Under the pieces are notes generated by a model. The model had not been told where the DNA came from. It searched no databases and was given only the letters and a program-made list of their open reading frames with translations. From Chiloscyllium plagiosum (Eukaryota), in the NCBI RefSeq assembly GCF_004010195.1, contig NC_057750.1, positions 12,065,144-12,129,143 of the forward strand: a stretch of DNA of 64,000 nt, read 5' to 3'. The stretch's first letter is position 1, and the number at the start of each line of letters is the position of its first letter. The translations under genes and the position numbers were made by a program. Positions 36,903 through 48,382 of the stretch are shown one piece after another.

Positions 36903-38453
36903 CGTGGATCTGTAGTTCCAGGAGATCCCTGTATCCCCTTCAGTGAAAATAATTTTAAAGTAACCATTAAGCCGTACGCGATTTCTCTATTTGCCAATAA
37001 TCGATTTTCCTGACTCTGGCTGTGAGGAATTGACATTTGTTTTAGCCAAATGTTTCCTTTTACATACCTTTAGAAGATTGCATTCATATTCTAGTTTCCG
37101 TTGCCTTATGAGTTTCTTGATCCTCCTTTGCTGTATTCTAAAACCCTGCTAATCTTCCGATTTATTGGTAATTCTTTATAGGCCTTTCCTTTTAATCATG
37201 TACAATCCTGAATTTTCTTCATTAGCCATGATGACAGACCTTTTTTGAGCTTTTTATACATTGAATAATGCTTAGCTCTTGTGAGTCTTTCAAAGATTAT
37301 CCATTGCTTAAGGATATTGGCCTTTTAATTTATTTTTTCCAGTCCACTCTGCATCAGTCGTTCATAATTATCCTAATCCAAATTAGCACCCTTGCTTCAG
37401 ATTACCTCCCTCACTTTCACTCATAATGTAAAGTTCTAGCATATTGTGGTCACTCATGCCTAAAGATTATTTTACCAGATTGTTAATTAATTTTTCTTTC
37501 ATTACATGATACTAGATCTAAGATAGCATGTCATTCGGTCAGATCTTCAACATACTGCTTGAGAAAACCATCCGTAACACACTCCAGAAACTCATCCCCT
37601 ATGACTTTAATGATCAATTGGTTTACTGAGTCTATGGGCAGCTTGAAGTCACTCATGATAGCTGTGTTGTCAATGCTATATTTCCCTCATCTCTGTGTCC
37701 ACACTACCACAACTATTTGGTGGCCTAGGAATAACTCCAATTACCACTGCTCCTTGCTGTTTCATAGCTCTACCCAAACTGATTCTCGACATTGTTCTTC
37801 CAATTTGAGATCCTCCCTGACCAATATATTGATTCCATTCCTTATTATCAGCACAACTCCATATCCGCCACCCTCTTGTTTGTCCTTCTTAAATGCCTGA
37901 TATCATTAAATATTCAGTTCCCAGTTCTGGTCACCATACAGCCATGTTTCTATAATTGCTGTTTGACATACCCGTGAATCTATATTTCTGCTTGTAGATC
38001 ATTTGCTTTGTTGCAAGTGCTGCATGCATTCAGATAAAGTGCCCTTAACTTTGACTTTTTGATGCCATTCTGCTTTTGAAGCATGCCTCAATGCTATACT
38101 TTGTTTCTCTTGTATATTAGTCTCTCTAGTGTCTTTCTGACTTCCTGTTACCAACTTTATTTACTTTCAATTTGGATCACCCTTCAGGTCCCCATCCACC
38201 TGACAAGCTGGTTAAATCCTAAACCAACAGAGCTAGCACACCTTCCTACAAGGATATCAGTCCCAGTCTTGTTAAGGTGTGGCCTGGTCAGGTTAGGTAA
38301 TAGGTCACCCAGTACAGGTCATACCTGTCCCAGAACCTCAGAAATCTGATGTCCTCCTTCTTACACCAGTCTCCAGCCACATATTTAATCAATCAATCAA
38401 TCATTCCTTTGTTGCGCTTACTAGCATGTGGCACTGGGAGCAATCCTGAGATT

Positions 38454-38860
38454 TGAATAAAGAACAATACAGCACATGAACAGGCCCTTCAGCTCTCCAA
38501 ATCTGCGCTGACACATTTTGCCCTTCCATACTAAAACTGCCTTCACTTACAGGATCCGTATTCCTGTATTCTCCTCCTATTCATGTAGTTGTCCAGGTGT
38601 TTCTTGAATGCTACTATTATTTCTGATTCCACCATCTCCTCTGGCAGCACACTCCCCACCCTTTGTGTGAAAAACTTGCCTCTCACATCTCTTTTAAACT
38701 TCCAATCCACTCCGCACCCCAACCTATGTCCCCTAGTAATTGATCCCTCTACCCTGGAAAAAGCTTCATACTTTCCACTCTATCCATACCATTCACAATC
38801 TTATAAATCACTCTTCAACCTCCTGCGTTCCAGTGAAAACAACCCCAGTCTTTCCAACTA
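38454..38860 (-). mobile_element. CR1 3' fragment nested in the older CR1
   Basis: Complement of a CR1 tail (aagaacaatacagcaca..aacaggccctt) and the ORF2 C-terminus. Confidence 0.75.
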
Positions 38861-40567
38861 AAATTGTAATGTCTTGCTTTTTAATTTCCTTTCTAACTCC
38901 CTGACATCAGCCTTCAGGACCTTATCCCGCCTCCGCTTCACATATCTGGCACTAACATGGACAATGTTTTCCAGCTGCTACCCCACCCTCAGAAGGACGC
39001 CTTGCAACTGATCCATGAAATCCTAGACCCTGGCAGGAGGGAGGCAACACACCATCCTGGAGACAAGTGTACTGCTGCAAAAATGCCCATTTGATCTGCT
39101 GACTATGGAATTCTCTAGAACTATCGCTCTTCCGTTCTTCTTCATCTTGCCTTATATGACTGAGTAGCCTGTGGTGCCATGGGCTTGCCTCAGTCTGCCC
39201 AAATAGTTTTCCAAATGGAATATCGATGAGCAAGCAAGATAGATCCAGGGGAACCATGCACAACTAACTGTTGTTTAAGGCCGTCCTTGTAGTCCCCATT
39301 CCCTCTCTGCCTGGACATCATCATCTATGGTGTGTCCACTTCCCTATACATGATATCCATGTAGTACTGTGCCTCCTGGATGCCTCCAGCCACTGCTCAT
39401 GTTCTGATGCCTGAAACACAGGCTTGTGTAGCTGCAGCTATGTCTTGCAGATGTGTTTGTCTCGGACACGTGGTACATCCTTGACTTTACTCATACTGTA
39501 GGATGTACACCCCACTTGGCCCTTCTGGCCTGCAATCCCGTAACTCTTAAAAATTAGTTGTTGCCTTTAGAATGAATATGAACTTACTATGAAAACTTAA
39601 CAAGCTATTTTCAGAAAGAGAAAAAGACCAAACACTTAAACACAAACTAAATACCCAGTTTCACTTCAAAGATTAGAAATACTGACCAATCCTACTCACC
39701 AGTCAGCTGTTTTTCCTGCTCTTACAATGTCATGCTGCCAGTGGCTTCAGTGCAGGTCGGCCTCTCAATACGCGTCTTATTTCCTCTGTTGCTCACCTCT
39801 CACTCTGAAGACTCTATTTCCTGTAGTAATCTTTAATTGAAGCACCTCTTTCCCACTCTATGCCAGCTTCCCAAATACTGTCTCTGTGTCTCACTCTTGG
39901 CGAAGTCTCTCTCTCTGACCATGGTCTAAAAACATCCTTTAAACAACCCTTTTTTTTGTGTAGAGCTCTGATGAGTCACTTGTTTTTCTAACATCCTGCT
40001 ACTGTAATCAACATCTAATTCAGGCAAGGAATTTCAGGTCTTTGACAGATAGGCAGCAGCTGCCTGTTTAACTAGGTTATCTTAACTTCTTTAAAGATTA
40101 CTGATTCTGGGTCTGATTCTGACATTTGTTCTATTATTAAACTTACAAAAGATTTACCAGTTGAATTCCCACTTTACCACATCCACAGACAGATACTCAC
40201 TCTGTCTCTGCCTTACTTAGGCAATGTCTCCCGCACTCCGACATTACGGCTTCCACTGACCAAGAACATCCACGAATATGAATATAAAAGGATATCAAAA
40301 AGAATATTTAGCTTTCATTGTCTGGGCTATTGTTTGGAGGAGAACATGAACTGGTGTAAAGTTTGATGGGGGAGCTGGGGCTGGGGTTTGATGCTTGTGG
40401 AATCCTGCATTGCATCACCCTGAATGGAACCTATTTCTTCATTGATGCTAGTTTCAATGACGCAACAAGTTTCATGTATGTAGCACCTTTAACGTCCTTA
40501 AACAGCTCAAGCTGCTCTGCAGGATCATTACCTGTGAGATTTTAACTCCAAGCCACATAAAGAGGTA

Positions 40568-40895
40568 TTGGTTTGCTCCTGGGCCTGGCCTGACTGGTTG
40601 TAGACAGGTCCAGGGAGCGGGCTGTGGAGGGGGCCATTTTGGTCAACTGTCTGCCCCTTTTCCTTGGAGAGGGAGCATGCGGTGTCCACCAATGCTCTCA
40701 ATGCCTTTGGGGAGAGATGGGCACCACAGAGGATGGAGTGCTTTATTCCCCCCTCCAATTCTATTTCGATTTAATCCCTATCCTTCCCCTTCACTTTTTT
40801 TTTTCACGCAAGCATCGCCCCCATTGGGCTTTGCTTGTTACTGGTTCCCTGGCTGCATGGCTTCTCTGGTGGTGGAAGTACTGAATAAAATTATT
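40568..40895 (+). mobile_element. Tx1/L1-group LINE 3' end
   Basis: GLLLGLA....RSRERAVEG and SLEREHAVSTNALNAFGERWAPQRMECFI*, then AATAAA near 40884. Assignment is from memory of Tx1 ORF2 C-termini. Confidence 0.65.
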
Positions 40896-40925
40896 TGCGC
40901 AATGGTATCTTCACTGATTCCGTGC

Positions 40926-41016
40926 ACTTACACACACACACACACCATGGACGCTGTGGGGATAGTAGTGCTTATTTTCCCCCCACAGCATCCATGTTGT
41001 GTGTGTGTGTGTAAGT
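40926..41016. repeat. 36-bp inverted repeat (34/36) with a 19-nt loop, containing (CA)n/(TG)n
   Basis: Arms 40926-40961 and 40981-41016 compared base by base. Confidence 0.92.
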
Positions 41017-41349
41017 ACTGCTGTGTAGCAGTAGTGCGGGAGAAACCAAACAAAATTTTTACAAAAAAGTGATGAGACAGACCGGTTATTTGGTTTAGGA
41101 AGTAGGTTTGTTTTCAGGAGTGTCTCAAAGGAGGCAAACAGATGGTGGAGAAGGGTTTAAGGAGAATAATCCTGGAGCTAAAGACCAAAGAGCTAAACAA
41201 AGGTAGACCAAAGCAAATTGGGCATGTCCAAAAGACCAGATTTGGACAAGGTCAGAGTTTTTGGAGGGCTGTAGCAACTGGAGGAGATTAAGATGCTGTG
41301 ACTCAAGGTCTGGTGAAGGCTGAGGAAAAATTGTCCTCATTTTGAATTA

Positions 41350-42560
41350 TTGATTTTCTGCACTTCTCCCATCACTTACAGTAGGATTCTTTGAAGGAGA
41401 ATTATCCGAACATTTTTCTTCTGACTGCATTCTATATGAGGGCCATATGACTGTGATTGTCACTCCATATCATCTTGACCTGTGTGCAGCAGTTGAACCA
41501 GACCATCCTCTTTCCACACCTTCACCACTATAATGCTCATCTCAAAGGGGCTGCCCTTGCTGGTTCAATTCTTATCCATCAAATTATAGCCAGTCAAGCA
41601 CTTGCAATGGCTGATCTTCCCACTCCCTCACTCTATCTCTGGTATCTCCAGAGGATCTATTCTTATCACCTCCCATTTTGCACCTGCTTGGTCCCCCTTG
41701 GAGGCATCATCATTTATTTCTACATACATGCAAATGGCACCCAGTTCTCTCTGATGCTATAACTTCATGCCATATTATGCATTTGGAGTTCTTTTCAGAT
41801 TAGATGAGAATGCCAATGACTGTCATCAAGCCTAGATGTCAAAGCAACACTGTAATGATACATTAATACTAAATACCGCGATACATGGTAACACAGATAA
41901 GCCAAGTTCTGACCCATGTCACATTAGGTTTAGACTAATTTATCTTCAGGTGTTCAAGTCCACTCGGTTTCGTATGAAGAATCTCAGTCTTGAGTATCTT
42001 CCAGAGTGTTCCTTCTACTCTGTAATATTGCGGTCTCTCTCTGGTATGTGGGGAGACTCTGTCCAGTCTGTGGCATTTATACTCAGCGATGTGTATCATC
42101 ACAAGGTTGTTCCAAGGTTCTAATGCCCTAAATGACAAATTGTACCTCATCCCTACCTCTTTTGACCTCTCCAGACACTGTAATTTGTCAGAGGGCTTGC
42201 CTGACATTTGGAATTGGACAGATTTCCTCCAGCTAAATTTTGGGGAGACGGAAACTATTTTCTTTGGTACCAGCTGCCATTTCCTAAAATCCCCAAACCA
42301 CCAAGTCTGTCCCTCTCCATGGCAACTATCTGAGGCTGAAGCAGCCTGTCTGAAACTCTGGTGCTGTATTTCACCCTGGGATGAATTTTCAACCACACAT
42401 CCAGGCCATTACCAAGGTGGTCAATTTCCATCTCTTGGCTGTAAGCCTTATCTCCGCCCATCAGTAATCTCATCCATGTCTTTGCCTCCTTTAGACTCAA
42501 GTATTCTGAAGCACTCATGGCCAGCCTCCCATGTTCCACTCTTATACATTTGGCTGGGGG
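41350..42560 (+). mobile_element. Highly decayed L2-clade RT fragments
   Basis: LPDIWNW..FLQLNFGETETIFFG and FYIHANGTQ (YADDTQ-like). Confidence 0.55.
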
Positions 42561-43519
42561 GGTTCAAATAGTTTGTTTTTGTCGAGGACTGTTCTTGAGA
42601 TTTCTCAAGAGCAACTTCTTGATATTTGGGAGCTACCTTTTCATTCTCACTAGTTTCTTCACTAGATGATTCAATCACATCATAACATTATCTTCTATAT
42701 TTGCATTGTCGTGACGTATTTAGACTCTGGGAAGCAAGGTTAGAATCAATATCCTTAATTATCAGCCCTCCATTAAATATAAAACCCCGATATACAAGAA
42801 AGCTTTAATTTCTTAGACACCACAGCATTTAAATTGGCATAAGACAACAGGAATAAATTAGCAACAAAAGTTTTTTTTCCTCAAAATCATTTCATATAAA
42901 ATGCAATAATTTGTAAGGAATTCATTGAGTTGGTGACTTCAATTTTCCCTGGCTCTCAGCTAGTTTAGTATTCTTTTGTAGACTGTTACCCTTCATAGCC
43001 CTCCTCCCTCTCCCCTTAGAAGAGACTTGCATCTGCATTGCCCAAAAAAACACCTACTCACCCCCTCCCCAGGCCCTGCTTGGCTTATTCATTGCTGCGA
43101 CTTGCCTTTTCACCTCCAATCCCAGGCTCCCATACCTGCTGTTAATAATAAATGCAGGGAAAAAGCACCTCCCTTCAAAATTTCTCGGTTCGACATACTG
43201 GAGTGACTTTTGTTCTGCTTGGTCACTTTCGTCCGATTCATTTCCTCCAGTTAATTTGGGGACATGTCTTTAGGTCCCAAGCTTTCAAATTCTTTCCCTA
43301 AACCTCTCCACCTCGCCTTTCTCCTTCAAAGATTTTTCTTAAACCTGAGATCTGACAAAACTGTCAGTCAGCTAATGTCCTCTTATGTGGCTCCATCAAA
43401 TTTTGTTTGCTAAAAACGCCTTGGGAGGATGTTTTATGACTTACTGTTCAAAAGAGTCAAATGTTATGCAATGTCAAAGGTGCTATATAAATACAAATTG
43501 TTGATACAGTTGCTATTGA

Positions 43520-43980
43520 TTCAACCAGAAAGGACGGAATCTGTATTTCTTGACTTGACAGCAGCTTATGATACAGTCTGGCACACTAGCCGACTGTTGA
43601 AGATATTAAAGCTGTCACCTTGATGGATTGTAATGATGTTTTCAAGATAGACAATTCCACGTGATAAACTGAGCACCTGAACCCTCAGGGATTTTCTTCC
43701 TCTGGATCTTGAGAACATGTTTACAAAAGATTTGATTCCTCTAATTTCTGGGCCGTTCAAGTAAGCAGATAATGTGCTGCCAGATCTGCAAGAGACAGAG
43801 ACTCTGAAAAAACAGAAGATACGCTGAACCAAAGCATGATAGTCATGAATGATTATTGTGGAAGGTGCAGTATTAAACCCAATGCTGGCTCATGAAGCTC
43901 AGCCCCTATACTTAGGTCTAATTCTAGATTAGATACTTCTATTTTTGGACCCATCTCACCAAAGTGCCTCAGACAACAGG
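43520..43980 (+). mobile_element. Decayed RTE/RTEX-like RT fragment
   Basis: VFLDLTAAYDTVWH..LLKI motif. Confidence 0.5.
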
Positions 43981-43999
43981 AGGGACACTCGATATTTGC

Positions 44000-44885
44000 T
44001 GTACCCCAGTGAGTAGCTCCCTCACCCAAAGCTTGATAGGTTGTGGGTTAAAGTCCCACTCCAGGCACTTGAGTGCATCATTTGATTTTGTGCACTGGGA
44101 GTGCTGACCTGAAAAAGGTGCTGTCTTTTGAATGAGTTATTAAACTGTGTCCTTGCCTCCCCCTCAGGTAGGTGCAAAAAAATCCATGAAGTATTTCCAA
44201 AAAAAAAGGCATGTCAATTCCTTGCACTATCCTGGCCAATAATTATTCTTCAACCAGTATCACTAAAGAGACAGATTATCTGGTAATTAAATTCATTGCT
44301 GTTTGTGGATCTTCTGTGTAAATTGGCTGCCATATCTCTGATTTACAAGAATGTTGCCAGGGTTGGAGGATTTGAGCTACAGGGAGAGGCTGAACAGGCA
44401 GGGGCCATTTTCCCTGGAATGTCGGAGGCTGAGGAGTGACCTAATAGAATCATGAGGGACCTAGATAGGGTAAATAGACAAGGTAATTTCCAATGGGGTG
44501 GGGAGAGTCCAGAGGGCATAGGTTTAGGGTGAGAAGGGAAAGATTTAAAAGGGACCCAGGGGGCAACATTTTCATATAGAGGGTGATGTGTGTATGGAAT
44601 GAGCTGCCAGAGGAAGTGGTGGAAGCTGGTACGATTACAACATTTTAAATTCACCTGGATGGATATATGAATAGGAAGAGTTTAGAGGGATATGGGCCAA
44701 GTGCTGGCAAATGGGACTAGATTAGGTTAGGATATCTGATCGGCATGGACGAGTTGGACTGAAGGATCTGTTTCTGTGCTGTACATCTCTATGACTGAAT
44801 GACTTCAGAATTACTTCATTTGTTGAAGAGCCCTTTGGAATGTCCTGGGAACCTACAAGGTGCTATATAAATGGAAGTCTTTCTT
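44000..44885 (+). mobile_element. DeuSINE (SacSINE1/AmnSINE1-like) split by a CR1 insert
   Basis: Deu-domain-like ggtgctgtcttttgaatgag.tattaaac...tcctggccaata...acagattatctggt...cattgctgtttgtgg...aaattggctgcc; the tail resumes near 44800 (aaggtgctatataaatg). Confidence 0.75.
44343..44797 (+). mobile_element. CR1 3' fragment
   Basis: TRMLPGLEDLSYRERLNR plus the same 3' UTR as 1-2060. Confidence 0.9.
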
Positions 44886-45379
44886 ACCTAAATAAGCTGC
44901 AGTTCAGTTTCACTGATTCCATACAGGCATGCCAGGTATGAAGCCTATATGGTGTCTTATATGAATTACACTCACTACAATGGTATTGGGACTGCACCAT
45001 CCCCTTTAAACATACAAATTCATCAGTGATGATCCACATGTGAACATCATGAGTTTCGAAATGAGGATTTAGTTTTCTCTTTGGAAAATTTCAAAACATT
45101 GAAACTGCTTGAATATCAGAATTGTATCTTGGATCAACATCAATCGTATCTAAATGATATTAATGTCTTGCTGGAGACTTCATCAAACAATCCTTCAAAA
45201 TATTGTCTGGTCTGATTACAGTTGAATCAAATTTTTGTTGGATTTAATTGAAGAAATGTCTCAGCTGCCATGCCTAGAAGTGTAATCATATTAATAGTTT
45301 CCTTTTGTCCTTTTTGTATAACAGGCATCTAAAGATTGGAAGATCCTGAAAGCAAGTTTATCCTCTAAAGTGAGCCACA

Positions 45380-47154
45380 ATGACCAAGTTACATTGGAAA
45401 AGGTTCCTGTCCCCAGTCTTGGGGACGGGGTTCATGGTCACCGTATTCATGATGACCATTTGGGAGGTGGAAGGGAGTAACACCGAAGACCCCATTGACT
45501 TGCCCAATTCGTCGTGTTTCGGAACCTTCCATTGCACCCGCGGGATCATACTCCCAGTGTGGTACCCACAGAATCCGTCCTTGGGAGACATAGTTGCCAG
45601 GGCTATCGTCTATTTTGTTGCGATGCTGTACATGTTCCTCGGTGTCTCGATCATAGCTGATCGTTTCATGGCGTCGATCGAAGTCATCACATCGCAGGAG
45701 AAAGAGATCACGATCACATTACCCAATGGTGAGACAAGCATGGCCACCGTGCGAATCTGGAACGAGACGGTGTCCAACCTGACCTTAATGGCTCTTGGTT
45801 CTTCTGCGCCAGAAATTCTCTTGTCGCTAATTGAAGTGTGTGGGCATGGTTTTCTTGCTGGAGACCTGGGACCTGGCACAATCGTTGGCAGTGCAGCCTT
45901 CAACATGTTTGTCATCATAGCCGTATGCGTTTACTGCATCCCTGACGGTGAGGTTCGGAGAGTCAAGCATTTGCGAGTGTTTTTTGTCACTGCATCTTGG
46001 AGTATTTTTGCCTACATATGGATGTACCTGATCCTCGCCGTCTTCTCACCTGGCATTGTCCAGGTTTGGGAAGGATTGCTGACTCTAATGTTCTTTCCGG
46101 TTTGTGTGGTCTTTGCTTGGATTGCTGACAAGAGGCTACTCTTCTACAAGTATGTCTACAAAAGGTACCGTGCGGATAAGCGCAGAGGCATCATTATTGA
46201 GACAGAGGGAGAGCTCCCCAAGGGAATCGAGATGGATGGCAAAATGGTACTGGAGCATGGAGACAGTGTCCTTCCTGATGGAACTGTGATCTCTCTGGAA
46301 GCCAAGGACTTAGATGAGAGTCGTAAAGAAGCCATCCGAATTCTTAAGGACCTCAAGCAAAAGTACCCAGATCGAGAACTGGAGCAGCTGGTTGAGTTGG
46401 CCAATTACTACGCCCTGCTCCATCAGCAAAAGAGCAGGGCCTTCTACCGCATCCAAGCTACCCGAATGATGACTGGGGCAGGTAACATCTTGAAGAAGCA
46501 TGCCGCTGATCATGCAAAGAGGACGGCAAACCTTAACGAGTCAAGGTCTGACCCCGCGGAGGAGATGTGCAGCAAAATCTGCTTTGAGCCTGCCAACTAC
46601 CAATGTTTCGAGAACTGTGGCCTCGTCACGCTGACCGTTGTGTGCAAGGGCGGAGAGCAGAACAGCACCTTCTATGTGGACTACCGAACAGAAGACGGCT
46701 CGGCCAACGCAGGCTCAGACTATGAGTACAGTGAAGGCACCTTGATCTTCAAGCCGGGTGAAACGACAAAAGAGATCACGGTGGGCATCATTGATGATGA
46801 TATATTTGAGGAAGATGAGCACTTCTTTGTCCGACTGGGGAACCTCAGAAGCGGAGATGCCGAAGGCATGTTTGACTCAGACCCAACAGAATATCCCAAG
46901 GGGCGTCTTGTCTCCCCATTGGTTGCGACAGTCACAATCCTAGACGATGACCATGCTGGCATTTTCACTTTTGAGGACAAAGTTTATCATGTGAGTGAGA
47001 GCGTTGGTGTCATGGAGCTGAAAGTGCTGAGGACCTCAGGTGCTCGGGGGACCGTTATGGTGCCATACAGGACGGTGGAAGGCACAGCCAGGGGAGGAGG
47101 AGTGGACTATGAGGATGCCATTGGAGAGCTGGAATTTCTCAACGACGAGACTGT
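45380..47154 (+). CDS. SLC8A2: Sodium/calcium exchanger 2 (NCX2), first coding exon: signal peptide, TM1-5, alpha-1 repeat, XIP, CBD1 and start of CBD2; later exons are not in this window
   Basis: 592-codon ORF with NCX motifs TVSNLTLMALGSSAPEILLS, XIP KRLLFYKYVYKRYRADKRRG, and CBD1 IIDDDIFEEDE and TILDDDHAG. NCX2-type residues recalled from the family: GPGTIVGS, ANYYALLHQQKSRAF, NSTFYVDYRTEDGSA, GDAEGMF, PKGRLVSPL. Kozak gccacaATG with in-frame upstream TGA at 45347. Polypyrimidine tract and acag acceptor ending 45324. Donor ACTGT|GTAAGT at 47154/47155 (phase 2). Confidence 0.93.
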
Positions 47155-48084
47155 GTAAGTACAGAGTGATGGGGTTTGCTAAAACACAAGCCAAACGTTG
47201 AGAAGGGCGCTAACGCAAGGGGAAGAGTTTTCTCTGCCCCCGGCTTCGAAACAGGTTTGTCGATGAAATCAGGAGACTTACCTTCGGACGCTTTTTCCAC
47301 CAATTCCTTGCCACCGGGGAACTTTCCCAAGAGCAGCTTGGAAGATGGATCCAACTGCTCGAGTAGGGCGGCCATTTTAAACAAAAAGGGCCTTGGTGGG
47401 GGATAACTTCAAGATGTCAGAACATTGTTTTCCAATGGCCAAACCTTTCCCGTGTCCACGAAATAGAGAGGCAAGTGTGGAGTGGTCAACTTTTGTTTTG
47501 GGGGGGGGGGGAGTGGTGGGAGCAAACAAAGACCGTAATGCCCAAACTGTTTGTTGGTGTGGCGAAGCCATTCTCTAGGCCCACCACAATGAGACGGTGA
47601 TGCCCAATTTTCCTCAAATCTGAGACATCGATCGATTCCCCCAATTCCTTGCGCTCTCGACATCTCTTACCACGCCCCTCACCCTTCCTTGATGGGGCGG
47701 CCCCAGTTACTGGGTCCTTGCTTTGCGATAGGCAGAAACAAGAGGCTCCCAGTTAGGATTTGGTTCGGATGTGGGGCTGCCTCCATGTTCCAAACTCTGG
47801 GGTCCAGAGGCCCACATTGAAATCCTCCCCAAAGTTCCAGCACAAACAGAGGGGCTGACTAATCTGGGCAGTCATGTTGAAAGAAGTGGCAGTTGAGTGG
47901 GTGACTCGTGTTGACACTCAGTCCGTTTGTACTTGTGTGCTTCAGTATTTCCCACATCTTCCAAGAACTGTCTGTATATTTAATGTGGACTCTTTTGCTG
48001 ATATTTAAAATTGATTCAAATTTGATTACCATCCCTCTTCCATTTCTGGCAGCAATGGGGAGCATTTGAGTCTAACGTGCCCCA

Positions 48085-48382
48085 TGGGTGTCATGGTGGC
48101 TCAGTGGTTAGCACTGCTGCCTCGCAGCGTCGGGGGCCCAGGTTCGATCCCTGTCTTGGGCGACTGTCTGTGTGGAGCTTGCACATTTTCCCTGTGTCTG
48201 TGTGGGTTTCCTTGTGCAGGCCAGGTGATATAGCTGTGCAAAATTGCCCATTGTGTCAGGTACATTTGTCAAGGGTAAATATAGAATAGGGGAATGGGTC
48301 TGGGTGCGTTACTCTTCGGAGGGTTGGTGTGGACTTGTTGGGCTGAAGGGTCTGTTTCCATACTGTAGGGAATTTAATCTAA
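48085..48382 (+). mobile_element. HE1-type SINE with an internal deletion
   Basis: Head, partial V-domain and tail. Confidence 0.85.

Larger units (their letters stand above)
34585..39540 (-). mobile_element. Near full-length decayed CR1 LINE (ORF1 zinc finger and esterase, ORF2) with three nested inserts
   Basis: Minus strand: AGQKGQVGCTSYSM..HICKT*LQL near 39530, RMVCCLP near 39055, NVTPLFKEG near 36110, GVLQGSVLGPQLF and FADCTK near 35450, 3' tail near 34590. Confidence 0.75.

Noticed and set aside
45610..46980. Antisense ORFs over the exon
   Set aside because: Shadows of the coding strand's codon bias.
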